NCBI GenBank assembly: GCA_951406725.2
Contig: OX597816.1
Coordinates: forward strand, 157,914,001 to 157,978,000
Direction of reading: 5' to 3'
Origin: Octopus vulgaris
Taxonomy: Eukaryota
DNA: 64,000 nucleotides
In this document: positions 1 through 12,961 of the stretch, one piece after another
Position numbering within the stretch: the first letter of the stretch is position 1
How the letters are laid out: each line of letters opens with the position of its first letter
Translations under genes and position numbers: made by a program
Notes under the pieces: generated by a model
Told to the model about the DNA's origin: nothing
The model's input: only the letters and a program-made list of their open reading frames with translations
Database searches by the model: none

Positions 1-599
1 ATCTTATCAATCAGACAGCTTTATTTGGAAACAGTCAAGAATCTGTGTAAAAATATTATTGTGTGTTCTTGTATAAGAGAATGTACAGGATTGTAGCACT
101 TTAATTCAACTGTGTTAAAATAAATATAAGTCTTTATCTGATATATTGGTAGCTACTAGGGTTACACATAATGATGTCATTACAAAAACAGAATGTAAAA
201 CAAGAACATCTGTAATATTTATTGATTTATCCTGAGCAATAATAATTATCCATCTCCACATCATATACATAGCTCAAATTAGTTTCACTAATTAAGGTGT
301 GAACACTGGAAATTGTGTGAATTCAAAAAGAAGTGAGAATACTATGAAAGCTATCAATAATCATGAAAAAGAGGGAAAAAAATCCATTATTTGCTAATCA
401 AGAGTTAGGATGCCAGACATAAAGGGTTAAGAGTTCATATTCTGTCACCAGCATGACATTATACATGTGGCCAAGAAATTTGTTATTTAATACCCCTATC
501 TTCTTAGCTGTAAATAGATACCACCCCAGACAGCAATGATGGTTTTTGTTGCTTCAATAAACAGTAGCAGAGCAAATGAGTTGATGAGAGAAAGCTTCT

Positions 600-775
600 T
601 TGTGGTTGCTTAATCTGCTAAAAATAGCAACCAAATTTCCCTCATCATACCCTCCAATGCCAAAGAGTACTAGAAGATGTAGTCAAGAAAAGAAAAAGAC
701 TGGCTAGTCATGATTATGAAGCCTATTATTCAAGGTCTGTTGGATCAGAGTAGACTTTGTGATGAACAACAACAC
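600..775 (+). repeat. Old dispersed repeat family ending in (CAA)n, representative copy
   Basis: The motif CTGCTAGAAATAGCAGCCAAATCTCCCTC...GGAATGCCTTTGATCATAGGTCTG...AAACAACAAC recurs in degraded form at ~2050, 3030-3650, 3660-3830, 4140, 5250-5450, 13500, 21020, 37800, 45835, 58530 and 61650. Probably an old retroposon 3' end. Confidence 0.65.
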
Positions 776-1476
776 TAAAATTCCGAAATGTTGTGGTGAT
801 GAGTTCAAATCTTCCTGTGGGTGTGTTTAGAAAAAAGACAGATCCTACTTGATCTCATTCAAATGCTGACACGGCTGATAACCCATTGATAACTACTACA
901 GATTATGAAAAGTCAAGAATCATTAACCCAATCACCTGACAACAAACAAACAGAATGATTAACAAAAGAATCACTGAGAGCATGAATCTATACGGCACTT
1001 ATTATAGAGGAATAATAAACTAATCAATTAACTACACCACAGCTGGCGTGACTATAACAAGTGTAAGCAGCACAGCAGGTGTGTCTATAACATTAACTAT
1101 CACAAAGTGAAACTATACCAAAAAGTGTAAACACTACAAATTGTGTGACTATAGCAAGAGGTGTGACAACGGCATGTGTAAATGTTATCAGCAACCAGGA
1201 AAACAAAACCTGATAAGATAAAATCGTTGTCCCTACATAGTTACTTGACATGCAAGAATAAGCAGATATAGCTCCTTCAAAATTTTCTGTGCCATTTGTT
1301 GAGTATATAAACCGATAATCTGCTTGTTTCTCTGCAATTCATCAACTTGATGAGAAATCAATAAGATTTGAAAATCAATTAAGGCTGGTCATCATTTTTT
1401 ACAATCTACTGAGAAACAGCCAAATTAGCCCTGTTTATAAAGGTACAATATAGGTCACACAGAGACATACTAGATA

Positions 1477-1915
1477 CAGCTCCTTGTTGCCTTACAACCA
1501 ATTATACGATATACGACTGATTGACTATGATGATTGGCGTGCCAGCACCCGGCAGCAATAATAGTCCAGTTGAAATCTAATGGGTTTAATTTCTTAGAAA
1601 TTAACCCATCTATGGATGATGTCATCTAACAAATACTTCCCCTAGATTTGGTTATTGGTCACCACTGTGTTGGATGACTATCCTGTCACGGAGACATCGA
1701 GGCAACTGTGTATTTTTTTGTAAGACGACTGCTTGTGACTCCAAAATTTTTGACTAACACCACTATAATAGTATAATACAGAATGCTGTGTGTGACTTTT
1801 ACCTGAGAATGTACCTTAAGAATGTAAAAATATAAAACAAAGGTACATAGGCCTACAGGCCGACTTACAACCAGTCGGTCAGAACCAATTGTGATCCTAA
1901 GTCAATAACGACCTG
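1477..1915. mobile_element. Tigger/pogo-like (Tc1-mariner superfamily) MITE
   Basis: Imperfect TIRs CAGCTCCTTGTTGCCTTACAACCA and rc CAGGTCGTTATTGACTTAGGATCA (17/24 match), TA on both sides, internal GACTTAC-type subrepeats. Confidence 0.7.
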
Positions 1916-2371
1916 TAAATTAGTTCTGAATATAATTGGTTAGGAAAGAAGTTGGTCATGGCTGGGTTGTCAGTCAAATGATGAAAATATGACACACAAT
2001 AGCTGCACAACAACAATAACAAGAACCAAGCCAATAGGGACTCTATAAGTCACTTTTACCAGCTAGATATAGCAGTCACATCTCCCTCACATATGATGCC
2101 ATCTTAAAAATAAGTGTCTAAAAATCAAATGCAATGGTCATGGTTGGAACCTCTTTGATCTAGGGATAAACAACAACAGTAACAAAATAAATAAAAGCCA
2201 TCCATTTTACTTTGAAGGATACACAAGAGTCTTAGAAAGCATTTTTTACAAAACGAAAGCAATAACCATGTTGATGGATCTTGTTAATTCCTGACAATAT
2301 GCCAGTTTATCAGAAGTGCTATTTATCAATGTAAATAAAGTACCTCACAAACTTCTTGACAACTTTCAGGA

Positions 2372-2412
<41 letters not shown>
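2372..2412. repeat. (GATA)n microsatellite
   Basis: Read directly. Confidence 0.95.
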
Positions 2413-3160
2413 GAGGGAGAGAAAGAGAGAGAGTAGGGGTGGAAGTGGGGTGAAATGACACTCTTTAATTGGCAAGAGATAAAGCTATGGATAGCTGTAC
2501 TGGGCAGAATTAGAGATATTCTGTGATCAAATCTATCATAAAATATGTGACTTGGCACTGTCTTCTGAACATTCAAAGTTGACACCTCATTCAATCTGCT
2601 GCTACGACATATCAGACAATATTATTAATTTGTTGATGAAGATGGGTGGATGCAGTTGTGATTAAAGCAGCAATGACGGCATTGATTATGTTTCAGTTCT
2701 GTAATGATGATGGCCATAGTTATAATAGTGGTGTTAATGGTGGTGAAGGTGTGGATGGTCATGTGGTCACTGATGTCAATGGTGATAGTAACAGTAGAAG
2801 AATCAGGAGTGACAGACAAAATATTTGGTGCTATTCAATTACATACCTTTACTGAGTTCAAATTCCATGCCTTTCTAATTAATTTTTCCAGGATAGCTAA
2901 AATAGGGTCAGGTCAAATAATGAGCTCCATCAATATTTTCAAACATATTCTTCCTCAAATGATAGTAGGGTTGATGATGGAAGTGGTTGTTAGTGTTACT
3001 TATGTTAATAGTAGTGGCAATGTTCTAGTAGTTTAGCCCTAGGCAAATTCTGAATGAGCAGACCTATGTTCAAAGGCATTCCAACCATGAAAATCTCACC
3101 GTATTTTCAAATTTTGTATATCTAGGACTTCAATAACCAATATGTCCTTCCTTTTTCCTC

Positions 3161-3543
3161 TTTTACTCTCTTTTACTTGTTTCAGTCATTTGACTGTGGC
3201 CATGCTGGAGCACCACCTTTAGTTGAGCATATCGACCCTAGGACTTATTCTTTGTAAGCCTAGTACTTATTCTATCGGTCTCTTTTGCCAAACCACTATG
3301 TTACGGGAACGTAAACACACCAGCATCAGTTGTCAAGCGATGTTGGGAGGACAAACACAGACACACAAACATATACACACATACATATATATACAATGGG
3401 CTCCTTTCAGTTTCTGTCTACCAAATCCACTCACAAAGCTCTGGTCGGCCTGAGGCTACAGTAGAAGACAAGGTGCCACGCAGTGGGACTGAACCCGGAA
3501 CCATGTGGTTGGTAAGCAAGCTACTTACCACACAGCCACTCCT
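3161..3543 (-). mobile_element. tRNA-derived SINE family A (tail type 1), full length
   Basis: rc begins AGGAGTGGCTGTGTGGTAAG (A box) ... GGTTCAGTCCC (B-box-like), has an internal (TG/TA)n and ends ...GAAACAAGTAAAAGAG. Near-identical copies elsewhere in the window. Confidence 0.9.
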
Positions 3544-4379
3544 ACTATGCCTATTTTCTTTTTTTTAAGATGGAAGTGTTAGGATTCAAAGGGACTTAGC
3601 TGCTATTTCTAGCTGATCAAGCAACTGCATAGATTCCCTTCATTGACTTATAATGGTAAAGTTGTTGTTGTTGCTGTTTAGCCTGAGGTCAATCCTGATG
3701 TAACAAACTCATGCAACAATTTTTAGGGGTGTAATCTAACTACCCTATCTTACATGTCCTCTTTTTAAGATGGTTGGTGTGATATGAAAGAGATTTGGCT
3801 GCTATATCTTGCAGGTGGAGTGACCACATATAATCTCACTCATTTAATATTCATTGAATAACAATGAAGAGGTGTTCTGTAATGGTACCATCAATGCTGG
3901 AGGCTGTTTTCAGGTTTAAAGATTAAAATAATAATGATGATACCAAGAGGAAATGAATAACCATAGTAGTAATGAAATAGTTGCTAGCTACAAGGATGGT
4001 AGGCCTAAAGGTCTTTAGATGCTAATACATATAATTAACCCACAAACATTATTGACATAGAAACATCAAAGTCAAACCATCACTATATTCATAGCAAAGA
4101 TAAGCCCAGCCACTGTGGGGAATATATCTGGCTTCTTGACATGCTAGAAATAAATGTCAAATCTCTTTTGAATTACTCCTTTCTTGCCTTAAAAAAGGAA
4201 AGATATGTTGGATAATTTAAAACTAAATACACAATATATGAAATAAAGAAGAGGTTTTAATAATTTGAAATGATTTGTTTACATATCAGCTCCAGGAGTG
4301 TGTCTAGTATGTAAATTGGTATATCCAATAACTTATCATTGCTGTATGTGATGGCTATATAAGCAGTGTGTTCGGAGGT

Positions 4380-4470
4380 GAGAATGGGTTAGATGGGTGC
4401 CGATGAAGGGGCAACAACCCCTGAAAAATGGCATATATACTCATTACCTATTTTTGTCTTCATTCTCATT
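4380..4470 (+). ncRNA. Degenerate type I hammerhead ribozyme, Penelope-like pLTR remnant
   Basis: CCGATGA (CUGANGA with U>C), AGGGG/CCCCT stem II, GAAA, near-palindromic stem III, AUA site, stem I GAUGGGUG/UACUCAUU. TATATAA lies ~40 nt upstream. Confidence 0.5.
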
Positions 4471-4656
4471 ATTTGCTTACATCCAACGTCTCGATGAAAC
4501 ATTATAGCAAAAATCAGTGTTGGCTGTAATTTCTATAGAATATCTGTAGAAATAACCTTAACAAAATAAAGAAGAGGTGGTTTAAGGTTGGAATTGCTTT
4601 GACCATAGGTCTGTTTCATAAGGGTTAGTTAACCTGGCTCTTATTGACAAACATGT

Positions 4657-5028
4657 CATCATCATTGCGTTAATGGTCACTTTTCCATGCTTGCATGTGT
4701 TGGACAGAATTTGTTGAGAGATTTTCTATAGCCAGATGCCCTCCTTGTCACCAACCCTCACCTATTTCCAAGTAAGGTAATATTTCCCTATGACCAAACA
4801 TTTTTCAGTGAAAATTAGAAATGAAGGGCACCACTTGCATGATGATATTCGCTTACAATTATCACATGAATCTAAGGCAAGGAAACAGTGTCACACACAC
4901 ATGATGGGTTTCTTTAAATTTGTTTACCACATCCACTCACAAAGCTTTGGTTGGCACTAAGGTAGAAGACACTTGCCCAAGGTGTTATCAAGTAAGTCTG
5001 AACCAGAAACCATGTAGTTGGGAAGTAG
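4657..5028 (-). mobile_element. SINE family A head with tail type 2 (RTE-like GAT-tailed 3' end)
   Basis: Head matches 3161-3543; body and tail match 61074-61520 and 63169-63631. Confidence 0.8.
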
Positions 5029-5550
5029 TGGAATTTTTCTGATGTGTGACAAGGCCAAATTTTTATGGGAGACATTATGGTCAATTGAAATAACTATTCT
5101 CTGTTATTGGAATTTATTGCATCAAACTTAAAGAGATAAGAACATAGTTTAAAATGATGAATATAGAGTAATCCAAGGATGAAGGGAAATAAAAATAAAT
5201 TAGATGGGGACAAATCCTGAAATATGATACAAACAACTTGTACAGTTGCTTAATCCCATGTCAACCCAGGTCCTGCAGACATGTAAGCAAATACATTGCA
5301 ACTATATTTAGCCAGACTTTTCTTTTTCTTTTGAAAGACAGAGTATCTAGGACTACATAATCTAATTTATCATTTTTTATGATGTAGGGTATGATTTGAA
5401 GGTGATTTGGCAGTTATTTGTAGTACGCTAAATAACAGCAAAGAAACTTATTCAATTAACTCAAGATAACCTACGTAACACATGCAGATATAGAAAAATA
5501 TACTTAGAAGTAATTATGGCATTAACTCTACTCCTAAATAACAATTTATA

Positions 5551-5670
5551 ACTGAATATCCATTTAAATGGTTAAATATCTACTTACACTGCTAAATATG
5601 TACTTACACTGCTAAATATCCATTTATATTGCTAAATATCAATTTACATGCCTAAATACCTACTTACTAC
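5551..5670. repeat. ~20-bp minisatellite (GCTAAATATCTACTTACACT-like), ~6 degenerate units
   Basis: Read directly. Confidence 0.8.
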
Positions 5671-6249
5671 CAAGGACTATAGTCTGCACCTGCAGTTAGA
5701 AAATCTGTACTAAATATTTACATCAGTACTCTTCCGCTCTACAAAATTTTTTTCTCCTTTCACCTCTTTAAATGAATACCAGTGAGTATGTAGTAAATAA
5801 AAAATCTCCTGCCAAAAAGATAAGGACTAAAGTAACTAGGGTAGTTTATCTTAAAAGTATTATTAGCTCAATCAAACGAGTTTGACCCACATTAAAGCAG
5901 CCTGACCTACATTATGAGTTCCAACATTGAATAGCTGGTTCTCTTATCACCTTACTTTTGCTTACTGACACAAAATGAAATTAATTTTTGTCAGCAACTC
6001 TTATAAAATTTCTGTTAATTAATTCAACGAATTCATAGGAATCAAGTTTCTGAAGCAGGTGGAAGCGTGTTCAAATCATGTCAACAACAATGTTTTAAGA
6101 CATTTAAAAACAGGAAAAAAAAAAAACCTCCCAAAAACATTGGAAATTCATTAAAAATCATTATTTAAATAATAAAGGAGCTCACTCTCACCTAAAAACT
6201 TATGTTCAACTTTCAGGTAAAATCCAGAATCCAAAGAAACAGATGATAT

Positions 6250-6440
6250 AATCATTATCATCATTTAATGTCCATTTTCCATGCTGGTATGAGTTAGTTT
6301 GACAAGATTGAGCAAGCCACAGAGCTGTACTGTCAGCTTTGGTGTGGTTACAGTTCTTGGATGCCCTTCCTAATATCGACCACTTTACAGTGTGTACTGG
6401 GAGCTTTTTATTTGTGCCACTGGCATTAGCAAGGTCGTCA
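6250..6440 (-). mobile_element. RTE LINE 3'-end stub
   Basis: (CAT)n followed by TTTAATGTCCATTTTCCATGCTGG...GGATGCCCTTCCTAA, homologous to the 3' UTR of the RTE at 31721-32981. Confidence 0.75.
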
Positions 6441-6814
6441 AGAAATATACAATACAAAAAAAAAAACAAGGTAAAAAAGATCTCATGACTAGATGAGGGA
6501 AACAATTCCATAAGAAAATTCTGGGAAGAGTTGGTTAAAAATTCCATTCCTCAGAAGAAAGAAGAACCTAAGGATTTGATTTCTTGTCCTTGCAAGCTAT
6601 TAAAAATGCTGCCTAAGTAATAACACCTTTGTTTCTCTCCCTGACTCTCAGTTGAATGGAAAAGACCCTAATATTTTCAATCATGTTTATTTTTAATTTT
6701 CAAAATTTCAGTTCTTGCCATTTCTCAAAAAAAAAAAAAAAAAAAAAAAAACCCCCTATATTAGGAGTGTATTATAAAGAAAAGACTAGATTATTTGTAT
6801 ACAACAATTTACAC

Positions 6815-7073
6815 CAAAGGTTCTCAAATGTGGTTAACAGCAGACTAGTGAACCATGGATGTTTAAAAGTCTAATGTAAGGTTTTAGAAAATTCATCTTG
6901 TAAAAGGTGTTATTCATAATTTTGTTACACACAAGTATGATTAATAAGATGTGATAAGCAAAGAGTTTTTTTTTTTTTTTTGCGGGGGGGGGGGGGTCTA
7001 TTTAAATTTCCATATGAAATGCACCAGTAAATCCTTAAATGATCCCCAGTGTATCATAAAGTTAGAAAAACTG
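6815..7073. mobile_element. Degenerate hAT-Charlie-like MITE
   Basis: Left end CAAAGGTTCTCAAA, right end GTTAGAAAAACTG, both resembling CAGTGGTTCTCAA-type TIRs. No TSD seen. Confidence 0.35.
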
Positions 7074-8367
7074 AAAACAACTGAAACTAAGATATTTCGT
7101 TAGTCTAATAAGAGCGAATAGAACATAAGAGATGTTGCTATTGGGAATAAGTATCAAACCATCTACAAATGTTACAGACAGTATTTTATCTTGAAGTTAC
7201 ATGAAACCAGAAGTGAACATCAGCTTTATGAGTTCCAGGTTGCTTGAGAAGAGATTTTCATTTTAATCCGATTCAACTACTCAGATAACAGACAATTTCC
7301 TGTCTTTTTAACTCATCACCCACCTCAACTCTTTCAAATCTTGTAACATTCTTTATATTTTGTCTTTGCTGCTGCCTCCACCCAACCTTTGCAACTTCCT
7401 CCTCCTTCCTTACAACTCTCCCTCATTCTTCATTGTTATAATAAATTTTCCTCATACTCTCCACTCACACTCTGGTTCTCCTATAATACAAACATTTTAT
7501 CTCTCTCTTTCTCTCTCAAGAAGATTCTGCCCTGAATCTGTAAGATTTCTCTTCTTCCTCACAGCTTAACATATATTCACACTATCTGAGCCGTAAAAGG
7601 AAGTACTAAGTCAACAATTAAAAAGTTTTGTCTCCAGTTCATTTAGGATTGTTGGTATTGTTAGCCCATTCATTGAACAGATCAATGATATCCCAGGTGG
7701 TTAGTTGTATGAACGATTTAGTGCAATCCGCAACACTATGACCTCCACATTTATTTGACAATCATACTGTTGTTCAACTCTTGACATGAAATAGTTTATG
7801 AAATGGAAGTTTAAATTGTCAATCTGAGGACGTTTCATTTTCTTCTTCACCCAGTCTCTCCCTGCATGCCTATATTTATGTGATAGGGTCACTAGACGTT
7901 CTGTAAATTTTAGGAAGATCTCTCTCAAACATTGAAATTGGTAACTATTTCCACAGGGTGTTAATTAGTAGTGAAAGACAATTCTCATTAATTAGTAATT
8001 AATTTTAAACTTATCATTAAGTGACAGCATATGGGATGTTAAAGATTTTTCACTGTTACCAAAAACCTGTGCACAGTAAGGAAATATAAAACAAAAGTAT
8101 GTCATGAAGTAAAATAGATGACTAATATACAGTTCTCTGTATAAAATATACTTTTGCAAGTGTACTCTAAACAAGAGTGCAAGTACAGATGATATGGATG
8201 TGTAGTTGAGAAGTTTGCTTTACAAATATGTGGTTGTGTTATAAACTGTATTATAAAAATCTTATGTTGTACATTCACTGGTTGTGAAATGTGTTTGCAT
8301 ACACACAACTTAGAGGGAACAGTGCTTGTGAGCAGAATCCAGTGCACAGAAACTGTATGGAAGCCTG

Positions 8368-9035
8368 CCATCATCATCATCATCACTTAATGTCTACTTC
8401 CCATGCTGACATGGGTTGGGAGGTTTCACAGGGGCTGGCCAGCCAAAGAGCTGTCCAGGTTCCAATTGCCTATTTTGGCATGGTTTCTACGGCTGGTTGC
8501 TCTTCCTAACACCAACCACTTTCCAGAGTGTTCTGGGTGCTTTTAACATGCTACCCGTAGGGATGCTTTTACATGGCACTGGCTTGAGTGCATTTTATGT
8601 GACACCAGCACATCATCATTTTAATGTCCTCTTTTCCTTGCTTGTACAAGTTACAGGAGAATATATTAAAGCAGTGTTTTCTGCAGCCAAATGCCCAACT
8701 GTTTCCAAGCAAGGTAATAATCCCCTCCCAGTCTACTACTGAACAATGAACAGCCTGGACATGCTTTTGAAGCAGACTTTAAGCAAAAAAGACATTATCT
8801 ATATGAACAGTGAAGCCTTTGCTTATAACCAGTAAACACGTAAAGATAAGGGGAATTGAAGACCCATTCCATCATACACACACGACATGATTCTTCCTGT
8901 CTCCCCCTCTACCAATTTCTCTCACAGGATACCACTTGATTTGTGGCTATAGTAAAGAATACTAGCCAACAGTATCCAAGCAATATAATCAAACTTCTGA
9001 CCATGTGGTTCCAAAGTGAAGTTTTAATCATATAC
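8368..9035 (-). mobile_element. RTE 3' stub followed by a decayed SINE-A tail-2 copy
   Basis: Two (CAT)n-headed segments (8368, ~8611) with the shared motifs; SINE head remnant at 8890-9035. Confidence 0.7.
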
Positions 9036-9337
9036 CTGTATTTATGTATATGATACCCACACAGGATATTGGCAAAGAGTGGAAATTTTGTTAGAAAACT
9101 AGTGCTCTCTAAATTAAATCTATTGAGTCACAGGCATTCTCTTTTCACTCTTGTCATCAAAAATGCACTGAAACCCTTAGAAACCTGTACCCAATGACAT
9201 GATTGTTTACAAAATGTAATATAAAATAAATGAAAATATATTATGCTAAGGCTACTAACACCTGTGCTCCCATTTAACTGCACAAAACAAGACTTGAATC
9301 CTTTCTGTAACTTGTATTTGTAGGCAGCATGTTTTAC

Positions 9338-9525
9338 AGCCTTCAACTGTATTTATTTATCTGGCCAGTTAGCCTTCAACTAGAATTATTAGCTGGTCTG
9401 TTAGCCTTCATGTTATTTAACTAGTATGTTAGTCTTCAACTGGTATTATTAGCTAGCCTGCTAGCCTTCAACTAGTGTTAATAGCTAACCAGTTATCCCT
9501 CATCTAGTATTATTAGCTAGTTTGT
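9338..9525. repeat. ~32-bp minisatellite (AGCCTTCAACTAGTATTATTAGCTAGCCAGTT-like), ~6 units
   Basis: Read directly. Confidence 0.85.
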
Positions 9526-9800
9526 TTTGCAATCTGTAACTAAGTTGATAGAGTGCTGGTCAAAAGGTCAATAACTCTTATCTCATCATTGACAATGCCT
9601 AACCCACTTAATTGTAAATACTTAATGTGTCCAGAAACTACATCAGAAATATTGTATGACAACTGTTTCATTAGGTAGCAGTGTTGGGTTCAATTACTCC
9701 TTCACATCAAGAGAAAACAACATGTAATTTAAATTTAGTGTACCATGTCTTCAATTCTTACATGAAGATGAAGTCTTTAGTGTTATTCCAACAACTGATT

Positions 9801-10266
9801 AACCACCACAAGGCTCAGTCCTTGTTGCAGTGTGATGGCTTGCCTGTTACAATGACCCTAAGAACTTATACCAGCAGAATACAAGCTCCTGGTAAGGACT
9901 TCTATGCTGGACGGGCCAAAGGCTAGAAACCTAATATGGACAGGCTCTTCCCAGAAAAAATGGGTTTACATAGGGTCAACACCCCTATCTTTTAAGAAGC
10001 AAAATTACAGAAGTATTGATGATAATTTAAAACCAACAAGACCTGGGAGAAAAAGGACTTCCCTCAGAGAAACATATGAACCCAAGAGGGAGACAGAAGA
10101 AAGGACACCCTAGAAATATTTGGGGGACTAAATAGTGAGGAAGAGCTGGAAAAGCAGGGATCCAATTGGAGAAAAGCAAAAACGATAGCTCAAAGTCAAG
10201 AGCAGTGGGGAACAGTAATCATTGTCTTATGTGCGAAAGGGAGTGAAGGGCTTAAACAAGCAACAA
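9801..10266 (+). mobile_element. Non-autonomous bipartite RTE derivative (5' UTR fused to ORF C-terminus)
   Basis: 9801-10000 resembles the conserved RTE 5' UTR (CCTTGTTGCAGTGTGATGGCTTGCC...AATGACCCT...GCTCCTGGTAAGG). 10079-10260 translates, with a frameshift, to NPRGRQKKGHPRNIW...EEELEKQGSNWRKAKTIAQSQEQWGTVIIVLCAKGSEGLK, a typical RTE C-terminus. Confidence 0.7.
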
Positions 10267-11120
10267 CCCATTAACTTATATTAGTTTTCATACACCATCA
10301 GTGGACTTTACATTCATCAAAGGTTATTGAGAAGTGTTGCCTCCTAAATAACAACCTCACTTTCTCTCTTCTCTTCTCTTCTCTTGCACAGACAAATGGC
10401 AAGACCTGAAACTTTAGATTCTGTCCTCTTCAAGGCAATTAAACTTAATATTCTGATGCAAACTGTCACAAGTTTTCTAGGATTGTAGATTTTACCCAGT
10501 TACTGAGGACAATCACTTCAGCCATCACATATTTCAGTCTTCATGGTCTAACTTTCATAGAGTGGAACTTGACTTAAATTAACTCAAACCAACAACCATT
10601 CATAAAAAAATAAAAAAGATTTTCATATATTTCTAATCTCAATGGCACAGATGTCTTAATGTAGTAATGCCAGTGTTTACAAAAAAAAAAAAAAATCAAC
10701 AAAAAAATGTCCTTTGTTATTTCAAAGTTTTCTTAATTTCTATCCTCTTTGACATACCATAGAAAAAGCTGTTATGTCTCACATTTAATTAGATATACCT
10801 ATTGTAGCAAGCAGCTAACACAACACTAAATTACCTTCACTTCTCAATGTCTCTTCTCTAGTTTTACTACTCTGTTCCTCTTCTTTAATCAACTGTTTAC
10901 ATAATTTCACCACTTCCTTGACTGTTTGTTCTATCTTCACTTTTCTACATACCACCCACTTCCTAAACCAAATTCCAACTACAAACCTGGTCTCGATTTT
11001 GGAGCAGACTTGGATTCAACCAATTTTCTATTTTCCCAAAATCCAAAGCCTCATCATACAAAGTGGCATAAATATTCTTAAGACTAATTATAATGAAATT
11101 AACTGCTTTTATTTCAAGAT

Positions 11121-11953
11121 ACGGCCGTGTAGTTAAGAAGTTTGTTTTGCAACCATGTGGTTTCAGGTTCAGCCCCACTATCAGGCACCATGTGCAAGTG
11201 TCTTCTTCAATAGTGTTGGGCCAACTGATACCTTGTGAGTGAATTTGGTAAATGGAAACTGTGGGAGCGTGTCATAAATATATATGAGTGTGTGTGTGTG
11301 TATGATGATGATGTACACATGTATATGTGTATGTATATGTATGGTACCTGTGCCAGTGGCATGTAAAAGCACCTTTCGAGCATTGGGCCTTGTGGAGGTA
11401 AGGACTAAGACTATTTGGCATTATGCCGGGCTTCGAGCGTTGGGCCTCAAGGTGACGATGACTGACTCCATTTGGCATTATGCTGTGCTTGAGAAGAAGA
11501 CTTATCAAACCAAATAAAATCGCAGTCATGACAGATACCAGTGTCACGCAAATGGCACTTGTGCCAGTGGAATGTAAAAGCACCCATTACACTCTCGGAG
11601 TGGTTGGTATTAGGAAGGGCATCCAGCCTTAGAAACCATGCCAAAACAGACTGGAATCTGGTGTAGCCTTCCAGTTTGCCAGCCCTGGTCAAACCATCCA
11701 ACCAATGCCAGCATGGACAACAGATGTTAATTGACGATGATGATGATGCGCAGATATGAAAATTGCTCAACATGGATGTTGGTGTGCTTACATCTCTGTA
11801 ACTTAACAGTTCAGCAAAAGTGACTGATAGAATAAGTACCAAACTTAAAAAAAGGAAAATAAGTATGGGATTGATTTGTTTGACTAATCCCTTCAAAGTG
11901 GTGACCCAGAATGGCCGCAATCCAATGACTGAAAGAGCTAAACAATAAAAGAT
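11121..11953 (+). mobile_element. SINE family A (tail 1) with an RTE 3' fragment (11345-11748) nested in its internal microsatellite
   Basis: Order is head 11121-11275, (TG/TA)n, RTE 3' UTR modules ending (GAT)n, then tail 1 at 11765-11953. Confidence 0.8.
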
Positions 11954-12411
11954 GAAATCTTCCATTTGGGCTTTAATTTTTATAATGTGCTTTTTATATT
12001 TTAAACTTATTATAAAAACAGTTATTTTTAAATACTTTATATCAAAGCTTTGAATAAATATGCGAGTATATATTTATTTAATGATACACTTCCTCTTAAG
12101 AACAACATCCTTATCAACATTCCATAAGTGAGCCTGTTTCTTCATTGATAAAACATTCCTTCTGATCCAAGAGTTTCCTTGAATTTAATCAGAAGAAAAC
12201 TCATGATAAAGGAATAAATATACTGATATTGAAATTAACTCTTTTTATTTCAAGGTATGGCTTTTACATGCCACTGGTATGGGCACCATATATATATATA
12301 CATACACATATACATATGTACATCATCATCATATACTGATGTTCTAAAAGGGAGCTAAGCTATGTTGTGTCAAAATCATAGTATCATTTAATTAATTAAG
12401 TAATGTGTTCA

Positions 12412-12633
12412 CTCTTTTGTTACCATATTTCTGTTGAGATGCTCTGTGTTTCTTTCAATTAATTTTAAATATAACAAATAATTTAATAAAATAACTTAGT
12501 TATCATTCAGCTAGTGTTAGGAACATAAATTGTGACTAAAGTTTGGTGGAAGATTTTAATTCAGAACTTTTGAAAACAAGACATTTGTACCACAGAGCCA
12601 GAAGTGGTTTCAGCCAGGTTGATATCAAAAGGA
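12412..12633. mobile_element. piggyBac-type MITE, same family as 61734-61943 in opposite orientation
   Basis: Reverse-complement homologous to 61734-61943; flanked by TTCA and TTAA. Confidence 0.8.
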
Positions 12634-12640
12634 TTAAAGT

Positions 12641-12961
12641 GTGAAGGTACATAGCTTAGTAGTTAGGATATTTTACTCATGATTGTAAGGTTGTGAGTTC
12701 GATTCTTAGCGGTATGTTGTGTCCTTGAGCAAGACACTTTATTTCACATTGCTCCAGTTCACTCAGCTGGTAAAAATGAGTAGTACCTATATTTCAAAGG
12801 GCCAGCCTTGTCACATTCTGTGTCACGCTGAATCTCCTTGAGAACTATGTTAAGAGTACACGACTGTGGAGTGCTCAGCCACTTGTATGTTAATTTCATA
12901 AGCAGGCTGTTCTGTTGATCATATCAACTGGAACCCTCGTCGTCGTAACCAAAAGAATGCC
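12641..12961 (+). mobile_element. tRNA-derived SINE family B
   Basis: A box TAGCTTAGTAG, B box GAGTTCGATTC, then GTGTCCTTGAGCAAGACACTT (CORE-like). Homologous to 38691-39026. Confidence 0.85.

Noticed and set aside
2625-3036. Overlapping 64-110 aa ORFs
   Set aside because: Cryptic GAT/GGT/GTA trinucleotide low complexity; no domain recognised.
7640-7930. Minus-strand KCGGHSVADC, zinc-knuckle-like
   Set aside because: The first Cys is missing, stops flank it, and it is too short to call.
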